64,000 nt of DNA from Bacteroidota bacterium (GTDB lineage Bacteria > Bacteroidota > Bacteroidia > UBA4408), in contig JBKCNM010000032.1 of NCBI GenBank assembly GCA_046297395.1, positions 36,312-100,311 of the forward strand, read 5' to 3'. The notes beneath the pieces were generated by a model. It worked only from the letters and a program-made list of their open reading frames with translations. It was not told the origin of the DNA and searched no databases. This document shows, piece by piece, positions 9,864 through 18,351 of this stretch; positions within the stretch are counted from its first letter, which is position 1; the number at the start of each line of letters is the position of its first letter. Made by a program: the position numbers and the translations under genes.

Positions 9864-10904
9864 TTATGCCCCAAGCGGGAAACGGTGTATCTGAAAACCG
9901 GCCGGAATGGGCTGATGCTCGCAAATTGCCGAGGCAATGATCCCGGCCAAATAAGGGGCCAATAGGACGCCTCTTGTTCCCAAACCATTGAATATCCATG
10001 CATTTGATTGAATGCTGCTTTGTCCCAGTACCGGTGCGCGGTCAACGCTTGCAGGCCTCACGCCTGCCTCATGATTCAGAATCTTGTATGGAACACGAAT
10101 CAATTCGTCAAGCGCAGCTGTCAGTGTATTTCTTCCATCCTCAGTAGGAAGGCAATTGAGATTATCCCAGTCGTAGGTAGAACCTAGCTTGAAAATACCG
10201 GGCGCAATCGGTACGAGGTATTTTTCGTCAACCAACAAGGAGTCCTCAGGGAAATTCTCGATGGCCAGGGTTAAGATTTCTCCTTTTACAGGGTTAAAAA
10301 AAGCCTGAGGAAAAAAACGAGAAACTTGTGAATATCCTGTGCTTAATAACAAATCAGTAAACGACTCACCCTCATAGTTAAGTCCGCCGGAATAAAACTC
10401 AAGACGGGAAAGGTCAATTTTTTTTTCAATTAATCTTCCCTCCTCTCTCAAACGGTTTCTCAAAGCCGACAAAAAGACGGAAGTATTCAGATAACCTGCT
10501 TTATTTACCAAGATATAATCCTGCATTTTTTTCCATTGGAGCGGATAGGGATTCTCATGCACTTGCTCATCCAGAAAAGCAGATAACTCAAGCGCCTTCT
10601 TGCCTAAGAGTTGTTTTGTCTCATGTGTAATGGGTTTAAATAATGGCAAAGAATAAAAACATTTTATCCCCAAACTCGATTCTGCTTGTGAATACATTTC
10701 GTTTGCTGCCCTGATACATGGCCATGCATGATTTACAGCATTCAGCCTTCTAAAAACAATCGGGTTAATAAGTCCTGCAGCTATACCGGAACAGCTGTTT
10801 GGTGACGCAGCATCATATACACGAAAATCAACTTTTCGTTTAAGAAGTTCAAGAATCAGGGCGCTTCCTGCAATCCCCTGGCCTGCGATCAGTATTCTTT
10901 GCAA
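9864..10904 (-). CDS. FAD-dependent oxidoreductase (MnmC C-terminal domain / DAO-like)
   Basis: N-terminal dinucleotide-binding motif ILIAGQGIAGSALILEL, C-terminal G..RP motif of the DAO family. TTG start. Confidence 0.65.
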   Translation of the reverse strand: MQRILIAGQGIAGSALILELLKRKVDFRVYDAASPNSCSGIAAGLINPIVFRRLNAVNHAWPCIRAANEMYSQAESSLGIKCFYSLPLFKPITHETKQLLGKKALELSAFLDEQVHENPYPLQWKKMQDYILVNKAGYLNTSVFLSALRNRLREEGRLIEKKIDLSRLEFYSGGLNYEGESFTDLLLSTGYSQVSRFFPQAFFNPVKGEILTLAIENFPEDSLLVDEKYLVPIAPGIFKLGSTYDWDNLNCLPTEDGRNTLTAALDELIRVPYKILNHEAGVRPASVDRAPVLGQSSIQSNAWIFNGLGTRGVLLAPYLAGIIASAICEHQPIPAGFQIHRFPLGA

Positions 10905-10918
10905 TATGCTTTAGAAGT

Positions 10919-11998
10919 TTATTTTATTACCTGTAATTTCTGTCTGTACACTTCGCCCCTGCTTCCGGTAATAAGCATTTGATAACAGCCGGAGGGGATG
11001 TTATCAAGAGACAAGTGATTGGTTCCGGGGACAACCGTGTAGGTAGCAATCCTTTTTCCGCAGAGATCGAAGATGCGGAGAGATCCTAGATCATTGTTCA
11101 GTGGAGATTCTAAGGTAATGCCTGATGTTGCAGGATTGGGAAAGCAGGAAAACACAGCGTTTTGTTTTTCTGCCAATCCTGTAAGAATACCGCTTCCATT
11201 AAATACTTTGGCTCTTGTTACATTATTTGTATTTGGATCAACTTCGAATTCAGCAACTAAATAAGGCGTTCCGTTTCTTACCCATGAGTAGCTAATCACA
11301 GTGTCGGTGGGGAAGAAGACAATGATTGTATCATTTAACAGACTATCGATGAAGTCAAAATAGAGGGAATCCGCACTTACACGGGTTTGTTTAACCCTTA
11401 AACAATCGTAAAAAATTCCGGCAGGACCATTAAAGGTGCCGCTTGCATCCACTTCAAAAAACTGATATGTTGTACGATGAATGCTGATATTGGCTTGCAG
11501 GCCGGAATCGTAAATGGCAGGATAGACAAAACTGAACGAATGATCTACCTGAGAGCCCGGGGACAAAGGTGCAGGCATGAGGCACTGTCCACCCACAAAG
11601 TTGATGGTATCGAAGGGAGAAGATGATGCAAGTGAAAGTACACCTTGCATGTAAAAACCGGTGGCGTTTGAAATAAGGGGATAAGCAACAGAATCTGTAA
11701 AACTAAAAATTCCAAACTCCGCATTGGGGAAATAAGTAGAAAATTGGAAAGGGATTTGGGATGGATTGCTAAAAAACTGGGCAGAACTATCCTCGATATT
11801 GATGGATGTGGCGTAATCCCAGATTTGATTCAGGCCCGGAGAGGTAATTGTGAGAGCGGAGGTATCGGGGTTGTTATCGATAAATTCAAACAAAAAATCT
11901 CCCGCATTGGGTAGGTTTGATGGAAGAAGTGTTTGAGCGTTGGAAGTAAAAATCACGCCTAATAGAGCAAAGGTGAAAAATAGTTTTAGGGTTTTCAT
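10919..11998 (-). CDS. secreted protein with T9SS C-terminal sorting domain (type A CTD)
   Basis: Signal peptide MKTLKLFFTFALLGVIFTSNAQ. C-terminal ~80 aa (…LSLDNIPSGCYQMLITGSRGEVYRQKLQVIK) matches the Por_Secre_tail pattern. Confidence 0.75.
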   Translation of the reverse strand: MKTLKLFFTFALLGVIFTSNAQTLLPSNLPNAGDFLFEFIDNNPDTSALTITSPGLNQIWDYATSINIEDSSAQFFSNPSQIPFQFSTYFPNAEFGIFSFTDSVAYPLISNATGFYMQGVLSLASSSPFDTINFVGGQCLMPAPLSPGSQVDHSFSFVYPAIYDSGLQANISIHRTTYQFFEVDASGTFNGPAGIFYDCLRVKQTRVSADSLYFDFIDSLLNDTIIVFFPTDTVISYSWVRNGTPYLVAEFEVDPNTNNVTRAKVFNGSGILTGLAEKQNAVFSCFPNPATSGITLESPLNNDLGSLRIFDLCGKRIATYTVVPGTNHLSLDNIPSGCYQMLITGSRGEVYRQKLQVIK

Positions 11999-12059
11999 GG
12001 TTTTTAAATGAGTCATGGCAAATGTATCAAAATATGGCATTTGCTTGTATTTTTGGCAC

Positions 12060-13103
12060 ATGTTAAAATACGGGTTTCTATTTGTTTTTCTCTTCCCCTC
12101 GATGGGCTTAATGGCTCAGAACACGGAGCCGCACCTCAGAAATATTCGTCAACTCACCTACGGTGGAGACAACGCTGAGGCATATTTCAGTTTTGACAAC
12201 CAGCATCTGTGTTTTCAAAGTAACAATCCCAAATGGAATCTCTCCTGCGACCAGATTTTCGATCTTTCTATTGACAAAGCTCTTGCAGATACTTCCTACC
12301 ATCCGCCTATGATCAGTGATGGAAGGGGACGAACCACCTGTTCTTATTTTTTAAAAAACGGACATGTTTTATTTGCCAGTACTTCTCATTTGCAAAAAGA
12401 TTGTCCTCCCCCACCGGCGCCCAGAGAAGACAAAAAATACCTTTGGGCACTGTATCCATTCGACATATTTGTGGCAGATGGAACAGGAAAAATTGTGAAC
12501 CGTCTCACCTCTGAAAAAGGATCTGATGCGGAAGCCACTGTATCTCCTGATGGAAAAAAAATTGTTTTCACAAGTGACCGAAGTGGCGACCTTGAACTGT
12601 ACACCATGGATGTTGATGGAAAAAATGTAAAACAGATTACCGATCAGCCCGGATATGATGGCGGGGCTTTTTTTAGTCCTGATGGAAAAAAACTGGTTTT
12701 TCGTGCCTCCAGACCGCAACCCGGAAAGGAACTAGACGAATATAAAGCCTTACTCCGTGAGGGATTGGTTGCACCTACCAACATGGAAATTTTCACTTGT
12801 AATGTAGACGGATCTGACCTCAAACAGGTTACGAAACTTGGAAAGGCCAACTGGGCACCATTTTTTCATCCCGGAGGAAAGAAAATTATTTTCTCTTCTA
12901 ACCACAACAGCAGCAGGGGCTACAACTTCAATCTTTTTATGATTAATGCCGACGGAACAGGCCTCGAACAAATTACTGCGGAAAGCAATTTCAATGCTTT
13001 TCCTATGTTTTCGTATGATGGAAAGAAACTGGTTTTCTCAAGCAACAGAAACAATCACGGAACGAGGGATACCAATCTTTTTATTGCCGACTGGGTCGAA
13101 TGA
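12060..13103 (+). CDS. PD40/WD40-like beta-propeller repeat protein (TolB-like periplasmic)
   Basis: Signal peptide. Repeated …SPDGKK(I/L)VF…DG… PD40 motifs (at least 5 copies). Confidence 0.8.
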   Translation: MLKYGFLFVFLFPSMGLMAQNTEPHLRNIRQLTYGGDNAEAYFSFDNQHLCFQSNNPKWNLSCDQIFDLSIDKALADTSYHPPMISDGRGRTTCSYFLKNGHVLFASTSHLQKDCPPPPAPREDKKYLWALYPFDIFVADGTGKIVNRLTSEKGSDAEATVSPDGKKIVFTSDRSGDLELYTMDVDGKNVKQITDQPGYDGGAFFSPDGKKLVFRASRPQPGKELDEYKALLREGLVAPTNMEIFTCNVDGSDLKQVTKLGKANWAPFFHPGGKKIIFSSNHNSSRGYNFNLFMINADGTGLEQITAESNFNAFPMFSYDGKKLVFSSNRNNHGTRDTNLFIADWVE

Positions 13104-13126
13104 TTGTTTGGAAGAAAAACCTTGCA

Positions 13127-14116
13127 TCACTTTTCTCTGAGCCAATAAACCAGTAAAAACAACAAACCAGAAAGCATGATCAGTTTGATGATTCTGCTCA
13201 GGCTGTGGTAGTCGGATGATGAATTCGCAAATGCCAGTCTGTATAAAAACCAGGCTGCCGGCATCTGCAGAGCAAGGGTGATGTACCCAATTGAAAAATA
13301 ATCCTTTGAGCCAATCATTTTGTATTGAAGAAAAAACAAGGGAAGACAAACCAGACAAACAAAAAAACCTGACAAGGTTCTGGCAAAATTGATGCCCATC
13401 TGGATGGGAATGGTTTTGGATCCAATGCTGATATCTCCCATCAGATCCTCTGTATCTTTTACAATTTCGCGGGCCATGGTAAGAAAAAAAGCAAAGCCTG
13501 AATAGGCAGCTGCCCAATACCACATCATATGTAAATTATGTGTAATAGCCTTGGGGATATCAGGATAACTGAGAAACAGCTCCTGATTTTCGGCAATCTG
13601 AACCTTAAACTGATTGATTAAACCGGGCATTTCATACATCACCGGCAACAGTGGCACAACTGCGGTAAGAATGGCTACCACAAGGTTTCCGATTAAAAAC
13701 ATGCGCTTAAACTCACTCGAATAAAACCAAAGCAATCCTACGCTTATGATATGAATAAATACCAGATTGGTAACACCTGATTGTTTTGAGACAAACCATC
13801 CGATACTGATACCGGTGATTGAAAATATAAAATGAAGCAACATTCCCTTCCGGGGTGTCATGCTTATTCCAAGCACCATTTTTTCGGGTTTATTAATGGC
13901 ATCGGTAGCTGTATCAAAGTAATCATTGATGGCATAGCCGGCTGCAGTAATCAATACCACAGAGCATACGAGCATAAAAAAATGCCTTTCGGAAAGGCTG
14001 AAAGAAAGATTTGCTGAATGTGCAAATAAACCAATTATGCAATACCTGATCAGGTACATAGTGAGGATAATGATCAGGAGATTGGGCCAGCGAGTGAGTT
14101 TTAAAATTCGAATCAT
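13127..14116 (-). CDS. UbiA family prenyltransferase
   Basis: Multi-TM protein with NDxxDxxxD-type motif (YAINDYFDTATD). Confidence 0.8.
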   Translation of the reverse strand: MIRILKLTRWPNLLIIILTMYLIRYCIIGLFAHSANLSFSLSERHFFMLVCSVVLITAAGYAINDYFDTATDAINKPEKMVLGISMTPRKGMLLHFIFSITGISIGWFVSKQSGVTNLVFIHIISVGLLWFYSSEFKRMFLIGNLVVAILTAVVPLLPVMYEMPGLINQFKVQIAENQELFLSYPDIPKAITHNLHMMWYWAAAYSGFAFFLTMAREIVKDTEDLMGDISIGSKTIPIQMGINFARTLSGFFVCLVCLPLFFLQYKMIGSKDYFSIGYITLALQMPAAWFLYRLAFANSSSDYHSLSRIIKLIMLSGLLFLLVYWLREK

Positions 14117-14157
14117 AGGTCAGCTTTCAAATGTAGGAAATAATGCTGATGGCACCT

Positions 14158-15321
14158 TTAACAGGCCCTTCCGATGCGCTGCTCTCCGAACTTTTTTTTG
14201 ATGCGGTCGATGGCATGATACAAACTGATTTGTTCGGTAGTATCTTCAAAAAGTGAAACCTGTTGCATACCGTTTACCAATCCCGAAAACTTAAGTCCTA
14301 TCAAACGGATGAGCATTCGGCGATTGTATAATCTCATAAAAAGTTCAAGTGTGGTTTCTATAATAACATTGTCAAGTGATGTATAAGGAATCTTTTTCTG
14401 CATGGTGCGCGTATCGAAATCGGAATAGCGGATTTTAACGGTAATACAGGAAGTGAGCTTGCCCTGTTTACGCAGACCGAAACAAAGGTCTTCAACCATC
14501 CTGATAAGCATTCTGCGCATGGCTTGTACATCTGTACTGTCTCTGTCGAAAGTGGTTTCCGTACTGATTGACTTGCGCTCCGAATAAGGCTCAACAGGTG
14601 TTTGATCAATGCCGTTGGCTTTTAGCCATAAGATTTTTCCTGTTTGCCCCATCACCGACTCAAGCATCTCAGGAGGAATACCCGCAAGGGTTTGGATGAT
14701 AGAAATGCCCATGCTTCGAAGTTTGACATAGGTTTTTTCGCCGATCATAGGAATTTTACGGATGGAAAGCGGCCACAAAAAAGGCGTAACCTCTGTTTTC
14801 GAAACCATTCGCTCCCCATTGGGCTTGCTCTCACCTGTGGCTATTTTGGCTACCGTTTTGTTAACCGACAAGCCAAACGAGGCAGGAAGCCCCGTTTGAT
14901 CTGCAATGGTTTTACGCAGTTCACGCGTCCATTGAAGGGTCCCATAAAACCTATCCATTCCCGTCATATCAAGGTAATGCTCATCAATGGAAGCTTTTTC
15001 AAAGAGAGGTACCTTCCCGGCAATCACCTCAGTAACCATTTCTGAATAACGGCTGTAAAGATCCATGTCGCCATGAATAAAAACTGCTTCGGGACAAAGC
15101 CTCCTTGCCATTTTTATAGGCATTGCCGATGCCACACCAAAACGCCTGGCTTCATAACTGCAACTGCTTACCACACCACGGTCAGAGGTTCCCCCAATAA
15201 TCACCGGCTTGCCAAGCAGTGTGCTGTTCTGCAAACGCTCTACAGACACAAAAAAAGCATCCAGATCAATATGCACAATCTGTCTTTCGGGTACGGATAA
15301 ACAATCAGGATGAGGCTTCAT
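14158..15321 (-). CDS. dinB: DNA polymerase IV (Y-family)
   Basis: VHIDLDAFFVSVE…SCSYEARRFGV motifs. ATG at 15321 chosen over the longer extension. Confidence 0.85.
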   Translation of the reverse strand: MKPHPDCLSVPERQIVHIDLDAFFVSVERLQNSTLLGKPVIIGGTSDRGVVSSCSYEARRFGVASAMPIKMARRLCPEAVFIHGDMDLYSRYSEMVTEVIAGKVPLFEKASIDEHYLDMTGMDRFYGTLQWTRELRKTIADQTGLPASFGLSVNKTVAKIATGESKPNGERMVSKTEVTPFLWPLSIRKIPMIGEKTYVKLRSMGISIIQTLAGIPPEMLESVMGQTGKILWLKANGIDQTPVEPYSERKSISTETTFDRDSTDVQAMRRMLIRMVEDLCFGLRKQGKLTSCITVKIRYSDFDTRTMQKKIPYTSLDNVIIETTLELFMRLYNRRMLIRLIGLKFSGLVNGMQQVSLFEDTTEQISLYHAIDRIKKKFGEQRIGRAC

Positions 15322-15392
15322 GGATTCGCAGAAAACGAATTTATTAGTTATTTGCGAATAGCAAGAAGTCAATAAATTAGTTTTTGGCTTAT

Positions 15393-15409
15393 TTACTGAG
15401 ATTCAGTAA
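15393..15409. promoter_or_regulatory. perfect 17-bp palindrome TTACTGA-GAT-TCAGTAA upstream of dinB (candidate operator)
   Basis: Read directly from sequence. Lies ~72-88 nt upstream of the dinB ATG. Confidence 0.4.
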
Positions 15410-15421
15410 GTAAGTTTTCTG

Positions 15422-15464
15422 CCGGAAAAATTCAGGAGCAGGAGATACACGAAAAGACTCCTGA
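15422..15464 (-). terminator. putative terminator downstream of skp
   Basis: CAGGAG…CTCCTG hairpin followed by a U-run on the minus strand. Confidence 0.35.
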
Positions 15465-15537
15465 AAAGCCATTCTTACGAGTGGAAAAATCAAAAAATGT
15501 GCCTGCAATGAAATGTTGCCGGCCCATAGGCAAGCGC

Positions 15538-16137
15538 TTATTTTTTCTGTAAAGCCCGGTACTGCTTGTTCATGCCCTCCACCACTTCTGCTGTGATGTC
15601 GAGGCTGTCGTTGGCAAACAAAATGCCGCTACCGTGGGTATAGCCTAAGATATAAGTATAGTGTGTGCTCTTATAAACCTTTTTAAGATAATCGGTAATG
15701 CTTTTTGTAATCTGCTCGTTTTTTTCCTGTTCATCCTTGAGGAGGCGTTGTTCGGTTTGTTCGCGGAAAGCGGATAGCTTTTGTTCTTTCTGCAAGAACT
15801 CCTGCTGTTGCCTCAGGCTTTCTTCCTCACTCAGGCGAGATGCAATTTCGCGAAAGTTTTGTTCCTCGTTTGCCAGGGTTTGGTACTTGGAGGCAAACTC
15901 ACTCTCAGCCTGATCGCGCTGGGCTCCCAGCTTTTTCTTTATTTCGGTAACCATGTCATACTTTTCCCATAGCGAATCAGTATTTACATAAACAATCTTG
16001 GCTCCTTTAAGATCAATCTTCGGTGCATGAAACCTATCAGAGTTGGTACTGGCTTCACCTTTGAAATGCAGCCAATACAACAATCCTGTCAGGATAAACA
16101 AAACAGAAAACAAAACAATGGAGACAATTGGTTTCAT
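15538..16137 (-). CDS. skp: OmpH/Skp family periplasmic chaperone
   Basis: Signal/TM N-terminus, coiled-coil Q/E/K-rich body, 199 aa. Typical Bacteroidota OmpH-like protein. Confidence 0.7.
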   Translation of the reverse strand: MKPIVSIVLFSVLFILTGLLYWLHFKGEASTNSDRFHAPKIDLKGAKIVYVNTDSLWEKYDMVTEIKKKLGAQRDQAESEFASKYQTLANEEQNFREIASRLSEEESLRQQQEFLQKEQKLSAFREQTEQRLLKDEQEKNEQITKSITDYLKKVYKSTHYTYILGYTHGSGILFANDSLDITAEVVEGMNKQYRALQKK

Positions 16138-17558
16138 TTGGTTTTTTTACGGCTTTCTAATGTGATATGACGCTCCAGAAACTCATCAATTTTTTCGACA
16201 GGAATCCGTTTAGCGAGAATCGTTTTATTTTTATCGAGCACATAAATAACAGGCGTGCTGTGTATGTCGTATAGTGTTCTGAATGGATTTTGTAATTCAA
16301 TGTCTGCCACATTCACCCAGTTTAATTTTTCTTTCCTGATAAAATCTGTCCATTTGTTCCGCTCTGCCTCAGTGCATACTGCAAATACTTCGAGGTTTCT
16401 TTTCTTCAGTTTTTCATTGTATTCCTTTAGCAGTACAGGTATTTCCTTTTTGCAATGCGAGCAATCGGGATCCCAGAATGCAAGAACAACAAAATCATTC
16501 CTGAAATTATAGAGGGTTTGATAAACACCGGATGTGTCTTTAAGCGTGAGATTGGGGGCTTTTTTTCCAATAAGCAAAGGCTTTAATTTGCCTGCTTTGT
16601 CTTTGATCTTGAACAAGGTTACACTGTCTGCCCAAACAGCCTGGCCTGTGCGGTAGTATTTGTCAACCATATCAACAAATACAGCTTCAAAACCCATGAT
16701 GTTTGACTTTTCATAGGTGCTCGTAAATTCTACTACACAATATTTGAAGACCTCTTTGTTGGCTTTGGCTCTTTCGCATATTTCAATACAGGATTTGCTG
16801 ATTGAGTCAGGAATCTGGAAGGTAAGATTGTCAAGATAGGTTTTTAGCCTTGCATGAAATACGGGCGTACGAAGAAGCCCTTCATTGGAGAAATCAAGAC
16901 CATCGAAAAAATGTTGCTTGTAATAATTGTATTGAAAAACAGAATCTTTGCGGCCATTGGGCAACAAGGGGATCTCTGGTATTTCCGGATCCTGACTGGC
17001 TTTAAAGATGGTGGTAAGAAAAGATTTAGGGTGTTGATTGATAAAATTCTTTTTGTAATTCTTTACTTCATTGTCTGTTTCTGCTGCTTGCTTTTTTGCG
17101 TTTTCAATGCTGTCCTTGGGCGCTTTTTTGTCATCAATCTTTTCTCTTAAGCGGGTAATTAATTTGCCTTTGGCTTCAATAAATTTTAGGTAGTCATAAA
17201 ACAACTGATTTTCATTACTCCCTTTTACTTTCATTGAATAAACAAAATTGCCGGTATCTGTTTCAAGGCTGAATTCCTGTTCCGATGTAATCAAAAATTC
17301 AAAGTACCGTTTGCTGGGTAAGACAGTGAGATATATGCCCGGTTTCAATTTTTCCTTGCCTTCAAAAACCAGGTTCCCTTTTGAATCACATCTTACTGTA
17401 TCAATCACATACTGTTTATCTGCAAAATGATTTCCTAGCAATACAGTGGTATCTTTTAATCCGTTTATTTTAACCTTGATTTTGTAGCCCTGATCGGCAG
17501 CAAATACAAATGTGCTTGAAAGAAAGCAGAGCAAACCTGCGATATAACTGTATTTCAT
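16134..17558 (-). CDS. TlpA-like thiol-disulfide oxidoreductase with N-terminal DUF4369-like domain
   Basis: C-terminal thioredoxin fold with CSHC active site (…FWDPDCSHCKKE…). Signal peptide after ATG at 17558. Confidence 0.8.
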   Translation of the reverse strand: MKYSYIAGLLCFLSSTFVFAADQGYKIKVKINGLKDTTVLLGNHFADKQYVIDTVRCDSKGNLVFEGKEKLKPGIYLTVLPSKRYFEFLITSEQEFSLETDTGNFVYSMKVKGSNENQLFYDYLKFIEAKGKLITRLREKIDDKKAPKDSIENAKKQAAETDNEVKNYKKNFINQHPKSFLTTIFKASQDPEIPEIPLLPNGRKDSVFQYNYYKQHFFDGLDFSNEGLLRTPVFHARLKTYLDNLTFQIPDSISKSCIEICERAKANKEVFKYCVVEFTSTYEKSNIMGFEAVFVDMVDKYYRTGQAVWADSVTLFKIKDKAGKLKPLLIGKKAPNLTLKDTSGVYQTLYNFRNDFVVLAFWDPDCSHCKKEIPVLLKEYNEKLKKRNLEVFAVCTEAERNKWTDFIRKEKLNWVNVADIELQNPFRTLYDIHSTPVIYVLDKNKTILAKRIPVEKIDEFLERHITLESRKKTK

Positions 17559-17625
17559 ATGCTTTATCCTGCTAATATAGATAACCCCATGACAAATTCC
17601 CCGATTAATAATTGTTAAGCAATCA

Positions 17626-18306
17626 TCAGCGTAAATCAATCAATTCATATCCGGGATAGTTCTTTTGGTTGAAGGAAAAACTATCCTCACTGATATTTGC
17701 ATTGGGTATAAATTTTCTGATGGTATAGGTGGTTTCAGTGCCATCCTTACCCATGATTTTGAATGAGGTGATTTCCGCTTTCTGCTTGTCAATCGTGAGG
17801 ACAAGTGTGTGGTAATTTTTTTTCTTAGGTTCAATGGGATAGAGTTTAACAAGCTGCACAACATTCCCTTTTTTTGTTTTCTCCTCTTTTACAAATTCAA
17901 ACTTAAAGCCTTTTTCATAAATTGAAAAAATGTTTGAAGGCGTGATGGCATTTTCCGATTTTTCTTTTTCTTCTGCATCACTCAATTGTATTTCAGCCGC
18001 TTCCTTGATAATCGTATGGATGCTTTTGGAATCATTGATGACCGTTTGTCCGGAAGTTTCGATGCGGTACTTTTTTCCTTTCACTAAAATCTTTCCATCC
18101 TGTTTTTCATTTGTCCGGTTGGCTTTGTTTTCGACCAGGATAGAAAACTCCGCCTGAATGGATTTATAAGCCTTGTTTTTACTGCTAAGGCCGTCTAAAA
18201 TCTTCTTTGCTTTTGCCTCAGTTGGATTACTTTGGGCAATGATGCGGAAACTTGAAAAAAGAAGAATACCCGACAAGACAATGAAGAATAGGTGTCGGTC
18301 AACCAT
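17626..18306 (-). CDS. LolA-like outer-membrane lipoprotein carrier protein
   Basis: Signal peptide, ~225 aa, LolA-family-like sequence. Conserved position downstream of ftsK in Bacteroidota. Confidence 0.65.
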   Translation of the reverse strand: MVDRHLFFIVLSGILLFSSFRIIAQSNPTEAKAKKILDGLSSKNKAYKSIQAEFSILVENKANRTNEKQDGKILVKGKKYRIETSGQTVINDSKSIHTIIKEAAEIQLSDAEEKEKSENAITPSNIFSIYEKGFKFEFVKEEKTKKGNVVQLVKLYPIEPKKKNYHTLVLTIDKQKAEITSFKIMGKDGTETTYTIRKFIPNANISEDSFSFNQKNYPGYELIDLR

Positions 18307-18351
18307 TGATTCAATGCGTTAGGAGGCAAATGTCTGAAGTTTGCGACAGGC

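Noticed and set aside
9823-9999. ORF-track 5' extension of the GH3 gene (MDIQWFGNKRRP…) overlapping the upstream FAD oxidoreductase
   Set aside because: The extension would overlap the neighbouring gene by 136 nt and lacks similarity to GH3 N-termini. The ATG at 9822 restores a 41-bp intergenic gap.
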